From sequence record MW735835.1: a DNA stretch of 64,000 nt; one strand, written 5' to 3'. The translations under genes and the position numbers were made by a program. Source of the DNA: Pseudomonas phage pPa_SNUABM_DT01. Positions 8,890-18,443 of this stretch are shown in pieces (the stretch's first letter is position 1; every line of letters starts with the position of its first letter). Below the pieces are notes generated by a model. It did no database searches and was not told the origin of the DNA. It saw nothing but the letters and a program-made list of their open reading frames with translations.

Positions 8890-10497
8890 ATGTCTAACAG
8901 TCCCTTTGCCAAGTTCAAGAAGGCGCCTTCGATTCGTCCGATGTGGAACATCGGGGCGCTCTTCGACATCCAGACCGGTAAGTACTACAAGGGCAAGTAT
9001 GGCGAGTCGATCCTGTGCGGTGGTCTGAACCACTTCACCGGCGTTGCTGGCCTGCCCAACATGTTCAAAACCGTAATCTCGCTGTTCCAGCTGGGTTCGG
9101 TCATGAACCGGGTCTCGCTCGCCATTATGATGGCGCATGACTCAGAGAATACGCTCTCGCCGGGGCGGATCACGAACGTCTTCAGGCAATTCCCTGAGCT
9201 GTTCGGTCGCGATTTGATCGATGACGAACGCCTGCTCTTCACCGACGCCAACACCTACACCGGTAACGGCTGGTGGAACGCCATGCGTGAATACGCTGAC
9301 GATCGCCGCAACAACAAAGACATCCTCATCACCACCCCGTTCGTCGATGACAACACGGGTGAGCTGATCAAGATTCCGTCTCCGACACTGGTCTTCCTCG
9401 ACTCGCTGTCCGGCCTTCAGACCGAAGGCGTCATGGACATGTACGAGAAAGGCGACGTCGGCGGCAAAGAACTGAACATGGTCGCCATGAAAGGCGCCGG
9501 TGCGAAATCCCAGCTGATCGACCAAGTGACCGGGGTGACCGGTGGTTCGGGCGTACACTTCCTGATGACAGCGCACGTCGGGCAAGAGTACCAGCTGGAC
9601 ATGTACAAGCCCAACGTCAAGAAGCTCAAGTTCCTCAAGGGCGATCTCAAGCTCAAGAAGGTGCCGGAGAACTTCTCGTTCCTTACCGCGAACTGCTGGT
9701 ACTGCGTGGCCCTCGTTCCGCTGATCGACGGCGACAAGCTGCCTGAGTTCCCGCGTGACGAAGACGACGATCTGAAGGGCGATACCGACCTGATCTGTAT
9801 CACGTTGGTCAACCTGCGTGGTAAGTCCGGTCCGTCGGGCATCCCGTTCGAGGTCGTGGTATCTCAGTCCGAAGGTCTGAAGACCGAACTGACCGAGTTC
9901 CTGTACTGCAAGGGTTACGACTACTACGGTATCAGCGACAAAGACGGCAACAAGGCCAAAGGCAAGCCGAACTTCCGTCTGGACCTGTACCCGAACGTCA
10001 ACATGACCCGTAAGACCATCCGTGGTCTGATGGAAAGTGACTCTCGCCTGAGCCGGGCGATGAACATCACTGCTGAACTGTGCATGATGCGCAACCTGTG
10101 GCACGACGAACTGCCGGATGAACTGCGTTGCAGCCCGAAAGAACTGTACGACGACATCAAGGCGAAGGGTTACGACTGGGACCTGCTGCTCGACACCCGC
10201 GGCTTCTGGCTGCCGCTCGAGGAACAAGGCACCTACGTCGACATCCCGTTCCTGTCGACCATGGACCTGCTCAACATGCGCGCGGGCACCTACCGCCCGT
10301 ACTGGTACGACGCTGCGCTGAAAGCCAAAGGCGTCGCTACCGCTGCAATCGCCACCGTTTCGGAGGCGAGCGCAGGTACTGACACTGGCAAGGTCGTCAC
10401 CCCGGCAGCCGTTGCCGAAGCGACCAAAGCCAAGAAGGTGACGGGTGCCGATCTCCTCAAAGAGATCGCAGATCGTCAGGGGGCGAAAGCTTCCTAA
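8890..10497 (+). CDS. UvsX/RecA-family recombinase-like protein, 535 aa, with Ala/Thr/Lys-rich C-terminal tail
   Basis: Alignment from memory to T4 UvsX. GGLNHFTGVAGLPNMFKTVISLFQLGSVM matches GGMQSGLLILAGPSKSFKSNFGLTMVSSYM (deviant P-loop AG..FK[ST]). LAIMMAHDSE matches AVCLFYDSE. TLVFLDSLSGL matches VVVFIDSLGNL. SD GGAAAAGAG. Confidence 0.5.
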   Translation: MSNSPFAKFKKAPSIRPMWNIGALFDIQTGKYYKGKYGESILCGGLNHFTGVAGLPNMFKTVISLFQLGSVMNRVSLAIMMAHDSENTLSPGRITNVFRQFPELFGRDLIDDERLLFTDANTYTGNGWWNAMREYADDRRNNKDILITTPFVDDNTGELIKIPSPTLVFLDSLSGLQTEGVMDMYEKGDVGGKELNMVAMKGAGAKSQLIDQVTGVTGGSGVHFLMTAHVGQEYQLDMYKPNVKKLKFLKGDLKLKKVPENFSFLTANCWYCVALVPLIDGDKLPEFPRDEDDDLKGDTDLICITLVNLRGKSGPSGIPFEVVVSQSEGLKTELTEFLYCKGYDYYGISDKDGNKAKGKPNFRLDLYPNVNMTRKTIRGLMESDSRLSRAMNITAELCMMRNLWHDELPDELRCSPKELYDDIKAKGYDWDLLLDTRGFWLPLEEQGTYVDIPFLSTMDLLNMRAGTYRPYWYDAALKAKGVATAAIATVSEASAGTDTGKVVTPAAVAEATKAKKVTGADLLKEIADRQGAKAS

Positions 10498-10562
10498 TAC
10501 TCTGAGGCCGCTGTGCGTGGGCGCGGCGGCCTTATCCCAACAAGCCCACTGGAGACATTGCC

Positions 10563-10847
10563 ATGAGCAACTCGGTTGTGTCCGCCGTCGTAGACATGCT
10601 GGCGGATAAGAACCCCAACGCGGCGACTCGGTTCGCTCGCAACTTCAACCCCCCGGTGCGGGACGAGAACGAAGAGATTCGTGCGCTCAACCGTTTCTGG
10701 CGTGATCAGCTGTCCTCGCTGCACACTTCGACCATCTCGGCTCGTAGCTGCCTCGTTGACGACATCCGCCCGCGTGATTGGCTGCGCCATTTCCGCGACC
10801 TGGTTCTCCCCACCATCGTGGCTCACGATCTGCCCACCGTTCATTGA
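10563..10847 (+). CDS. hypothetical protein, 94 aa
   Basis: SD GGAGA 7 nt upstream of the ATG. Confidence 0.5.
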   Translation: MSNSVVSAVVDMLADKNPNAATRFARNFNPPVRDENEEIRALNRFWRDQLSSLHTSTISARSCLVDDIRPRDWLRHFRDLVLPTIVAHDLPTVH

Positions 10848-10856
10848 GGAAATTCC

Positions 10857-11558
10857 ATGACCAGCCGTCAAAAGGTCACTGCATTCATCGTGAACGCGAT
10901 TGCGGACATTATTCCGGGTGACCGGTACAATGCCGATCTGACCCAGCAACGTCTGGACGCAATGTCGGATGCAGAGTTTGACCAGTATATCCGGTCGCTC
11001 GCGAAACCGGAAACTGAGGAAGGTCGAGCAACGCAGGAAATCCTGCCGTTCTACTCACCCAACCTGAAAGATCCGCGCATCACCATGGAAAACCTCCTGG
11101 TCGTCGCGGACAAGATCGGTCACAAGTTCTTCCAACAGCTCTGGCTGACCGATCCACACACCGGTCGGGTATTCCTGACCCCGCAGAAGTATCTCGTGCT
11201 TGACATGACCGTACGTCGTCAGGCCCAGATGCTCACCAAGAAGTCCTCCATCCCGGAAAACGCCAGGCACGTCGACGAAATGTCCGGTCAGGTTACTGGG
11301 AAGTCGAAGGGCTCCAAGATTTCGTTCCCCGAGCTGCAAGCGCAACTCGCCCAAGGGCTTGAGAACACCCTGATCGAAGAGATCAAGGTGCGCGGGGGCG
11401 ATCGGACGGCGCAAGTCGAGTTCGATCGTCAGCTAATCGAGCACGGGGAAGCCAGCATCTCTGATGTCACTGCCGGTGGCGGTGTCACCAAGTCAACCTC
11501 GTCTGTGGCCATCCTGTTCCGTGGTGCCATGATCGACAACAACATGGATGAAGTCTAA
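10857..11558 (+). CDS. hypothetical protein, 233 aa
   Basis: SD GAGGAA upstream. Confidence 0.6.
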   Translation: MTSRQKVTAFIVNAIADIIPGDRYNADLTQQRLDAMSDAEFDQYIRSLAKPETEEGRATQEILPFYSPNLKDPRITMENLLVVADKIGHKFFQQLWLTDPHTGRVFLTPQKYLVLDMTVRRQAQMLTKKSSIPENARHVDEMSGQVTGKSKGSKISFPELQAQLAQGLENTLIEEIKVRGGDRTAQVEFDRQLIEHGEASISDVTAGGGVTKSTSSVAILFRGAMIDNNMDEV

Positions 11559-12064
11559 TGACAGAAGGCGGCTACGCAGTCCACGACAAACGTATCCTGG
11601 AAGACCTCAAGCAAGCGCTGCGGAATTGGTGCAACATCTTCTTTGCCGATCCGATTACCGCGGCCCTTGGGGTGAAGGAACACATCGTCAACAATGACCT
11701 TCCAGAGCTGCGCCGTATCCGCTGGTATGCCACCAGTGACGAGATGGCCGCAGAGAAGCTCTGGCTGCGTTACATCGATAACCAGGAACTGGAAGCCAAC
11801 TCCGAGCTGCGCAACACGGTGTTTGACTTCTACATGTCCGGTGCGACTTACATCTGGCTACACACCCCTGTGGCTTCGGGTCATCTGGACCAGTTCATCG
11901 GCCATTTGACCCAGAGCCTCACCTGGGCTAAGAGCTGCAAGTTCGTCCCAGAAGCAGCCCGTGAGTACATGTCGACCCCCGAGGAAATGAAGACCTTCCT
12001 CAAGGGTAACCATTGGGCCGTCTTCATGGTGTTGCTGTCGATGTCGGAACTGTCACTCCAGTAG
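11558..12064 (+). CDS. hypothetical protein, 168 aa
   Basis: TAATG overlap with the upstream gene. Confidence 0.6.
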   Translation: MTEGGYAVHDKRILEDLKQALRNWCNIFFADPITAALGVKEHIVNNDLPELRRIRWYATSDEMAAEKLWLRYIDNQELEANSELRNTVFDFYMSGATYIWLHTPVASGHLDQFIGHLTQSLTWAKSCKFVPEAAREYMSTPEEMKTFLKGNHWAVFMVLLSMSELSLQ

Positions 12065-12069
12065 TCGAC

Positions 12070-12092
12070 TTTTCATCAGCAATACATTATCC
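12070..12092 (+). promoter_or_regulatory. copy 1 of conserved AT-rich upstream element (TTTTCAtcaGCAATACATTATCC)
   Basis: AT-rich island right after stop 12064 and 16 nt before the GTG/SD of gene 12108. Shares the GCAATACAT core with six other copies. Confidence 0.45.
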
Positions 12093-12107
12093 TTACGAGG
12101 ATGCAAC

Positions 12108-12914
12108 GTGAATAACAACGTGTTCAACCTGCTGTTCGATCTCGATGCGATGTTTGATACGCGCATGGGGACTTTGTTGAACCTGAGTGAAGATGTGCAC
12201 ACGTTCCTGCCCATTCAGGAGTACCGCAATCGGACCAAGGACGATTTCGGGAAACTGACGGGCGGGCGTATTACTCAGGAAGCCTTTGAAGAGCGGTACG
12301 CCAAGCGCGACATCATGGTCTTGCGCCGTAGTCTGATCACCGGCCTCGTGCCGGTCGTTATGAGCTACATCGAAACTCTGCGTGAGCGGCTCTTCCGGGG
12401 TGTGGACGTCAGCGCCATCAACATCGACATCAACATCCATCCGTATATCTTGCCAGGCCCTATCGTGCAGACCATCAAGGACTGCTTGCGGGGCATCATG
12501 CCGACCTATGTCAGCATCTCTGCGGTGAGCTACGACCTGGACAAGCTCAACCTTGACTTTGTCGGGCAGCACTACAGTGGCTGGGCAACGTACGACATCC
12601 ACAAGTGGTTGGAGAAGTACCATGAGGCTTTGCTGCTCAAGCCGGTAAACGGACTTTCGGCCATAATCCCCAAGCTCTTTGTGCAAGAGCCTGGGGATCG
12701 TTCTGGACCGGAATCAGAGTTCTTCAACGGGGTGGATCGTCATGGTCTGCTGGAGATGGTCATGGAGGATTTCATCCACCTTGAACATGTTCCGGTCAGT
12801 GACTTCTGCTTCGTTGTACCGGGCAGCTACAAGATGCTGGAGGATCAGTCCTCTTCGCGTTCAGCAGCAGCGGCGTTCTCGGAAGCTTCTACGGCGGCTA
12901 CGAAGTCGTCGTAG
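12108..12914 (+). CDS. hypothetical protein, 268 aa (GTG start)
   Basis: GTG with AGGA 7 nt upstream and no in-frame ATG nearby. The 3' end overlaps the convergent gene 12845..13393 by about 70 nt. Confidence 0.5.
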   Translation: MNNNVFNLLFDLDAMFDTRMGTLLNLSEDVHTFLPIQEYRNRTKDDFGKLTGGRITQEAFEERYAKRDIMVLRRSLITGLVPVVMSYIETLRERLFRGVDVSAINIDINIHPYILPGPIVQTIKDCLRGIMPTYVSISAVSYDLDKLNLDFVGQHYSGWATYDIHKWLEKYHEALLLKPVNGLSAIIPKLFVQEPGDRSGPESEFFNGVDRHGLLEMVMEDFIHLEHVPVSDFCFVVPGSYKMLEDQSSSRSAAAAFSEASTAATKSS

Positions 12915-13393
12915 TTCACAGGCTGAGTGCCCTGGGTGGTGACATCCGGGACCAGCTTGGGGGCGGGCAGTGCAGCAGCCGGGTCGGCACGCTGAGTGAT
13001 GGCCGGCATGCTGCCCACTTCCACAGCGAACGGGTTGCGGCCATTGAGCATGCGCAGCAGTTCGTTGTTGGCTTGGGCCAGACGCTCGGTCTCGCTGCCT
13101 TGTGCTTCTTCCACGTCGATCTTCCGCGTGGTGAGTGCAGCGGAGTCCAGGTCGCGGAGCAGTTGCAGGTTCAGGTTCAGTTCTTTGTCGTCAGACGGGA
13201 TGCCGCGCTTGAAACGATCCTCCAGGATCTTCAGGCGGATACCCTGCGTGGTCTTGATGACCGCACTGGGATCGACATCTTGGTTGACCGCAAGCGGACG
13301 GTTTTCAGAGGCGAGATACTCACCATCCTTAACAGGATCGAGGTCGTCGCCGAGGGGAATCAACGTGCCTTCAAGGGGCTTCTGGGCAGACAT
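12845..13393 (-). CDS. hypothetical acidic protein, 182 aa
   Basis: ATG at 13391-13393 with GGAGA upstream on the minus strand. Confidence 0.5.
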   Translation of the reverse strand: MSAQKPLEGTLIPLGDDLDPVKDGEYLASENRPLAVNQDVDPSAVIKTTQGIRLKILEDRFKRGIPSDDKELNLNLQLLRDLDSAALTTRKIDVEEAQGSETERLAQANNELLRMLNGRNPFAVEVGSMPAITQRADPAAALPAPKLVPDVTTQGTQPVNYDDFVAAVEASENAAAAEREED

Positions 13394-13435
13394 GGGATAA
13401 TCTCCAAACAGTATTCATCCATAGGATCAGTTGCG

Positions 13436-13936
13436 ATGGGCAAGGAACCATCAAGTATGCGTAAGCTTTTCACATGGATATTCGGCAGTAAGGAGCCCGA
13501 ACCGATCGTCGGTAAGGACATTTATGAAACACTCATCAACCAATTAGGAGACATCGATGACCTAGTAGCTAAGAAATTCAGTGCATCGCAAACCAGACGA
13601 GTCGCGATTGAAACCGCGACAGCCAACATCGAGGAGTTGGCGGACTATCTGGTTGAAGCGTCGGCTTTTGTCAGCAAGGGCGAGACTTTCCCGCAGCGTT
13701 GGCAAGACCAAGTACTGAAGTACGAGACTCGCACCCTCGAGCAATATATCGCAGAAGCCGGTGAGCTTATCCATCCGTTGGATTGGATCAAAGCCCATCA
13801 GCACAACATCGTAAAGCTGTTGGACGCCTTCATGAAGATGGATGCTGCCGACCGTGACTACTACCAACGTAAGTGCAACTTCGTAGTCGAAGATATCCTC
13901 GAACTGATTAAGTCAAGTCGGGAGTGTGTTCGATGA
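13436..13936 (+). CDS. hypothetical protein, about 166 aa
   Basis: The track ORF 13073.. is an antisense extension. In-frame ATGs at 13436 and 13457 both have AGGA-type SDs. Confidence 0.5.
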   Translation: MGKEPSSMRKLFTWIFGSKEPEPIVGKDIYETLINQLGDIDDLVAKKFSASQTRRVAIETATANIEELADYLVEASAFVSKGETFPQRWQDQVLKYETRTLEQYIAEAGELIHPLDWIKAHQHNIVKLLDAFMKMDAADRDYYQRKCNFVVEDILELIKSSRECVR

Positions 13937-13957
13937 ACATCCAGGAAATCATCCATC

Positions 13958-14572
13958 ATGAGCAAAGAACAACTTCGCATGATGAACGCAGACGACAAAC
14001 TGATTGGCGAGGCTGGCAACCCGCTGACCAACCTGTTCCGTCGTGTTCTACTTGCTTTGGAACTGGAGCCTAAACTCTGGAACCGTAAGCTCACCACCTT
14101 CCTCCAAAGCCCGCTCTCTCGTGTTCCCAAGAATGCGAAGGACATTGGTCAGGAGCGAAACAACTTCAACCGCGCGATTGCTAAGCGGTTCATCACGTTC
14201 AAGACCTTTCAGAAAGCCATTCAAATCATGGGATGCGTTCGCTATTCTATGAGCATCACGTTGGAGATGCGGGATGGCAGGAAAGTGGAAGTCTCCACAG
14301 GGATGATCAAAAATCCCTACGCGGCACTGGATACCCTCCAGTACGCAGTGTCTGGTAAAGGCGTAAGCCCTGAGCAGGACAACGTCGATTACGATGAAGA
14401 TATGGAGATGGAAACCCACATCACTGACGAAACCGTCGGCGACATGATTCATCAGATCGATGATGATAGACCCGTGCCCTTCCCTAGCATCACCCGCGAT
14501 CCGTCTCGGCGTGCACGCAAAGATGCAGTGGTCTCGTCGTTTATGTCCGCCCAAAAAGACCCCAAGAACTGA
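13958..14572 (+). CDS. hypothetical protein, 204 aa
   Basis: SD AGGAAA upstream of the ATG. Confidence 0.55.
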   Translation: MSKEQLRMMNADDKLIGEAGNPLTNLFRRVLLALELEPKLWNRKLTTFLQSPLSRVPKNAKDIGQERNNFNRAIAKRFITFKTFQKAIQIMGCVRYSMSITLEMRDGRKVEVSTGMIKNPYAALDTLQYAVSGKGVSPEQDNVDYDEDMEMETHITDETVGDMIHQIDDDRPVPFPSITRDPSRRARKDAVVSSFMSAQKDPKN

Positions 14573-14616
14573 CAGTGGTCATACGGTCGTCTACCCAGCT
14601 ATAACAGGATACAGCT

Positions 14617-15201
14617 ATGTCTACTGACATCCAAGCGAAACACCCCGCCAACGCGCCCTTCGATCCCGCGGAAGATGGCAAGACGCACATCAACGTCTAC
14701 TCCCGTGGCGCCACTGCATTCGGCCGCTCCCTGAGCAACCTCGCCGACTGCAACATCGAACACCCCTATTTCGGCCACTTCCGCACCCTGGAAGGGCTGT
14801 GGTTCTGGATGAAGACCGGACAGAAGGACGACTCCTTCCGGATCATCAAGGGCCTTGCTGCCCGCGACTTGGGCAAGAGCATGGAAAGCTCGCACTACCC
14901 GCTGTTCAGCAAGATGTTCAAGCTGGGCATGCTCGAGAAGCTGGAACGCAGTCCGCAGCTGCAACGTGAGCTGGTGGAAAACGAACTGCCGCTGGCGCAC
15001 TACTACGTGTACGGCAAGAAGCAGATCATGCAGGATCGCCACCAGTGGCAACTGGACTTCTGGCTCCTGCTGCGCGCCGCGCTCAAGACCACGGGCAACC
15101 TCGACACCATTCGCGCTGAGCTGGTCGACAGCATCAAGTACCACCTGGACAACCAAGCCCAGGAGGACAAAGCGAACGGTCCGGGTACCCCGGCACAGTG
15201 A
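14617..15201 (+). CDS. NADAR/YbiA-like (DUF1768-like) protein, 194 aa
   Basis: Compared from memory to E. coli YbiA. INVYSRGATAFGRSLSNLA matches INFYSTSDDYGDFSNFA. FRTLEGLWFWMKTGQK matches VDGKTWPTSEHYFQAQKF. YYVYGKKQ...WQLDFWLLLRAAL matches DAYWGDGG...NRLGYLLMELR. SD AGGA. Confidence 0.4.
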   Translation: MSTDIQAKHPANAPFDPAEDGKTHINVYSRGATAFGRSLSNLADCNIEHPYFGHFRTLEGLWFWMKTGQKDDSFRIIKGLAARDLGKSMESSHYPLFSKMFKLGMLEKLERSPQLQRELVENELPLAHYYVYGKKQIMQDRHQWQLDFWLLLRAALKTTGNLDTIRAELVDSIKYHLDNQAQEDKANGPGTPAQ

Positions 15202-15204
15202 CCG

Positions 15205-15250
15205 CATGGGGCCTTCGGGCCCCATGACTCACTCCTTTCTTTTTTCTTTG
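15205..15250 (+). terminator. intrinsic terminator
   Basis: Stem CATGGGGCC / GGCCCCATG (loop ttcg) followed by a T-rich tract tttcttttttcttt. Confidence 0.55.
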
Positions 15251-15263
15251 TCAGAGGTCGGAA

Positions 15264-16268
15264 ATGTCATTGATCTCCAACCCGTTGTTCAAGACGGACA
15301 ACACCGAGAAACTCGCGGTAGGGGACGCCTACGACATCTCCAGCACCCGGCCGATCAACAAGATCTTTGATGCGGCTAAGGACGGCGCTTCTAAGCTGTT
15401 CGACCGTGCTGGTGGTATCAACGGCATCGCTTCGGGTCTCCAGAGCATTATCTCCGCAAAGATGTCCGGTGCCACCGGTAAGCAGATGCTGGAAGCTGGC
15501 CTCGGCATGTTCAACACCAGTACCATTGGGATCTTGCGCGATGCCTCTAACGGTATCCTGGATCGTGCTGGTACATTCCTTGACTTAGACCCCTCGATGA
15601 TAGACCGGGTCAAGTCGGCAGGCAGTGACGTCGCCAACCGCATGCAGTACGGTGGATTCGACGACTTTACCAGCTATGGTTCATTGACCACGCTGATTGG
15701 TGACATGGCCGGCTATCCTCAGTTGGCCGAATACGTCAACATGGGCATGGAGGCGGCGGTATGGGGCAGTGCGATTTCCCAGACCATCGACTACGGTCAG
15801 TACCATTACATGGACGATGTGAAGCAGTATATCGATCCTGAGGTTTATCGCCAGGCACTGATCTACAGCATCCCGTCTGTGGCCACTTCTGGTGAACTCA
15901 CCGCAGTCACGACATTGTTGGGTCAGCTCACCGCAGCTGAAGTCTACGCCAACAAGCCTGACTTCGTTAAGGTGTTCCTCCAGCGGTTCAAGATGCCGCA
16001 GACCCCGCCTGCGGACTTCGTTGCTTACAGCAGGGAAGTTGTGAACACCTGTAGTCAGATCCAGACGGGCTGGTACACCTACAAACGTGGTGCGGAAACT
16101 ATCTACGATCTGACCTGCCTAACCACCGCGTCGGAAGATGCACAGCGTCTGTTGCAACTGCACCCAGAACTTGGTGTCATCGTGCAGATCGCTCCGGAGT
16201 TCCCAGAGCAGACAGTGGATGAGAACATCCATCAACAGTTCTCGTTGATGATCATGACGTTGACATAA
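15264..16268 (+). CDS. hypothetical protein, 334 aa
   Basis: SD AGAGG upstream of the ATG. Confidence 0.6.
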   Translation: MSLISNPLFKTDNTEKLAVGDAYDISSTRPINKIFDAAKDGASKLFDRAGGINGIASGLQSIISAKMSGATGKQMLEAGLGMFNTSTIGILRDASNGILDRAGTFLDLDPSMIDRVKSAGSDVANRMQYGGFDDFTSYGSLTTLIGDMAGYPQLAEYVNMGMEAAVWGSAISQTIDYGQYHYMDDVKQYIDPEVYRQALIYSIPSVATSGELTAVTTLLGQLTAAEVYANKPDFVKVFLQRFKMPQTPPADFVAYSREVVNTCSQIQTGWYTYKRGAETIYDLTCLTTASEDAQRLLQLHPELGVIVQIAPEFPEQTVDENIHQQFSLMIMTLT

Positions 16269-16272
16269 CGGA

Positions 16273-16306
16273 CATAGGGCCCAGGGCAGCTGCCCTGGGC
16301 CCTATG
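16273..16306. terminator. bidirectional hairpin
   Basis: Perfect 17-bp palindromic stem CATAGGGCCCAGGGCAG / CTGCCCTGGGCCCTATG between convergent genes. Confidence 0.55.
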
Positions 16307-16311
16307 TCGCA

Positions 16312-18384
16312 TCATCGACGATCTGTTGCCAGAGCGAACGCTTTTGCCACGTCGCCAATGATACCCGACATGCTCCACATGACCGCACGTTCTGGGGAAT
16401 GCGCATCATCGAACGCTGCTTGCTGACGAGCCAGACGGATCGCCCATTTACGCAGCCCGTTGATCTCTGCTTCCAGCGGGATGCCGGCCAGGATCGACAG
16501 GAAGTCGGTATAACTGTTGTCATCGTCGTAGGTCGAGCCCAAGAACATCGAGGCTACCGCTACGCCGTTCTCGCCGCCCACAGATGGGATACCACCACCG
16601 AGCCAGGAGATACCTGCACCCACACCGTAACCAGCCGCTTGTACCACACGGTCCGACAGTTCGAACGCAGGGTTGAGCGGCATGTTAATGGCGTTGGTCA
16701 GGTCCAACAGACCCAGTTGGCAATCCACGCCGAGGAAGCCCCCGGTGTTGTTCCAACCGATGTCACCGACACCACGGGTGAACGTCAACGAATCGACGAT
16801 CGCCAGACGGGAGTGAGCACGACCCTGAGCGAAGTACTCGATCAGGAACGGAGCAGTGTGCGACTGCTTACCAGTAGCCAGAGGCACAGACATGGCAAAC
16901 AGGCAGCACATCGGCAGGATCAGGTTCTGCAAGCGCGACACGGGGTCGCCGTACGGGCTTCGCAGCGGGATACTCAGCGACAGCTTGTTGAAGTCACAGC
17001 TGGAGCTGTCCCACACTTTCGGGATGTCGACGTAAGCCGAGCCGGCGAGCTGTGCAAGGCCTTGAATGCCGATACCCTGGCCGATACCAGTGGCGAAGTC
17101 TTTCAACGCACCAAGGGCACCAGAGACGATCCCAGACCCATCGATGTTGCCGTCAAACATGGAGAAGCGAGTCTCACGGGCCGAGGCCGAGATGGCGTTG
17201 ATCTGTTGTCCGACCGAAGCTTCCTTGGTACCGTTGTTGAACGACTCCGACTGAGTGCCGGTGTAGTCCACACGCAGGGACAAGAATTCAGAGCCCATAC
17301 GGGCTTCGGCCATCAATGCATCCTTGGCACGATTGATGACATCGTCACCCATCCGACCAGTCTTCTCAGCGTTCTCGGTCCGGGAAGCCTCTTGCGAGAT
17401 CTTACCCAGCATCTCACTGTCTTTCCAGATCTTGACGTAACCTTCGTAGCTGTTGTCGACCTTACCCACCAGGGCGTAGACGTCACCCATGTCCTCACCG
17501 TAGAGACGTTTCTTGAACGCCTCACGCATCGCTGCTTTACTGGTGATGCCGTTGAGTTCATCGTCGAGAAGGTTACGACGATGGTTGACCAGACGCTGAC
17601 CACGCTGAGCCACAGCGAACACGTCAATGCCACCGTTCTTCCGGTAGATCGATGGGATCAGGTTGTGGTAGGTCTCCACATCCGTGGCCGAGATCCCGTC
17701 TTCGTTCCCGTAGAGTGCCTTGGCACCCTCGTAGATCGGACGCGGGATGATGCCCATGTTGGCTGCGATGCCGTTGACCATCGACGACACCCCACTCCAG
17801 TAGGGCAGCATGGACGGCTTCAGGTAGTAGTACTTCGACGCCGGACGGCGGAAGAAGAAGTTGACAGCCTTACTTACCAGGATCGCAGGCATCAGCGGGA
17901 TAGTCGCTACCGACCCCAATGCCCAACCCAGCGAGTAGAAGAATCCAGGCGCTCGACCCGAACGGGCCATGGAGGCAGCCGGGATCGAGTAGTAGTTCGC
18001 ATAGAACGACGTCAAGCTGTTGAACTGCGGGAAGCCCATACGGAAGTGAACTACCTGCATGTTGTCGTCGAACTTCTCGGAGTACACACGCCCCATGCCG
18101 TTGGTCGACGTGGAGTTGGTGCTGTTGGTCCGCGTGACCTTCGGAACGAGGATACTTTTACCCCGTGCCTCAGATCGACTAAGGATGTTGTGTTTCAAGT
18201 CAGCATAACGGGTGAACTGGGGCAATGGGTTGATAACGTAGTTACCGCCCAAGGTCGTGTCAGTGGCTTTCTGCATCGACGTCGAGTAGATCCGGTTGAT
18301 CACCGCGTCAGTGCCACCGATCACCTGATCAGCGGGCAGCAAGAAAGCCGATTTCACCCAGCTGTCATCCAGAATGTTATCCAT
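16312..18384 (-). CDS. hypothetical protein, 690 aa, Gly-rich hydrophobic segments (probable virion protein)
   Basis: ATG at 18382-18384 with GAGG 4 nt upstream; lies just downstream on the minus strand of the giant virion gene. Confidence 0.6.
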   Translation of the reverse strand: MDNILDDSWVKSAFLLPADQVIGGTDAVINRIYSTSMQKATDTTLGGNYVINPLPQFTRYADLKHNILSRSEARGKSILVPKVTRTNSTNSTSTNGMGRVYSEKFDDNMQVVHFRMGFPQFNSLTSFYANYYSIPAASMARSGRAPGFFYSLGWALGSVATIPLMPAILVSKAVNFFFRRPASKYYYLKPSMLPYWSGVSSMVNGIAANMGIIPRPIYEGAKALYGNEDGISATDVETYHNLIPSIYRKNGGIDVFAVAQRGQRLVNHRRNLLDDELNGITSKAAMREAFKKRLYGEDMGDVYALVGKVDNSYEGYVKIWKDSEMLGKISQEASRTENAEKTGRMGDDVINRAKDALMAEARMGSEFLSLRVDYTGTQSESFNNGTKEASVGQQINAISASARETRFSMFDGNIDGSGIVSGALGALKDFATGIGQGIGIQGLAQLAGSAYVDIPKVWDSSSCDFNKLSLSIPLRSPYGDPVSRLQNLILPMCCLFAMSVPLATGKQSHTAPFLIEYFAQGRAHSRLAIVDSLTFTRGVGDIGWNNTGGFLGVDCQLGLLDLTNAINMPLNPAFELSDRVVQAAGYGVGAGISWLGGGIPSVGGENGVAVASMFLGSTYDDDNSYTDFLSILAGIPLEAEINGLRKWAIRLARQQAAFDDAHSPERAVMWSMSGIIGDVAKAFALATDRR

Positions 18385-18394
18385 ACATGACCTC

Positions 18395-18437
18395 TGAAAA
18401 GAAAAGAGGTGTGAGGGGTGTTACCCCCTCACACCTC
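18395..18437 (-). terminator. intrinsic terminator (minus strand) after the giant gene
   Basis: Stem GAGGTGTGAGGGG / CCCCTCACACCTC (loop tgtta). On the minus strand the hairpin is followed by a U-run (forward aaaagaaaag) and then directly by the SD and start of gene 16312..18384. Confidence 0.55.
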
Positions 18438-18443
18438 AGTCGC

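Noticed and set aside
10508-10540. Hairpin AGGCCGC...GCGGCCT after the recombinase-like gene
   Set aside because: A 7-bp stem with a 13-nt loop and no U-tract. Too weak to call a terminator.
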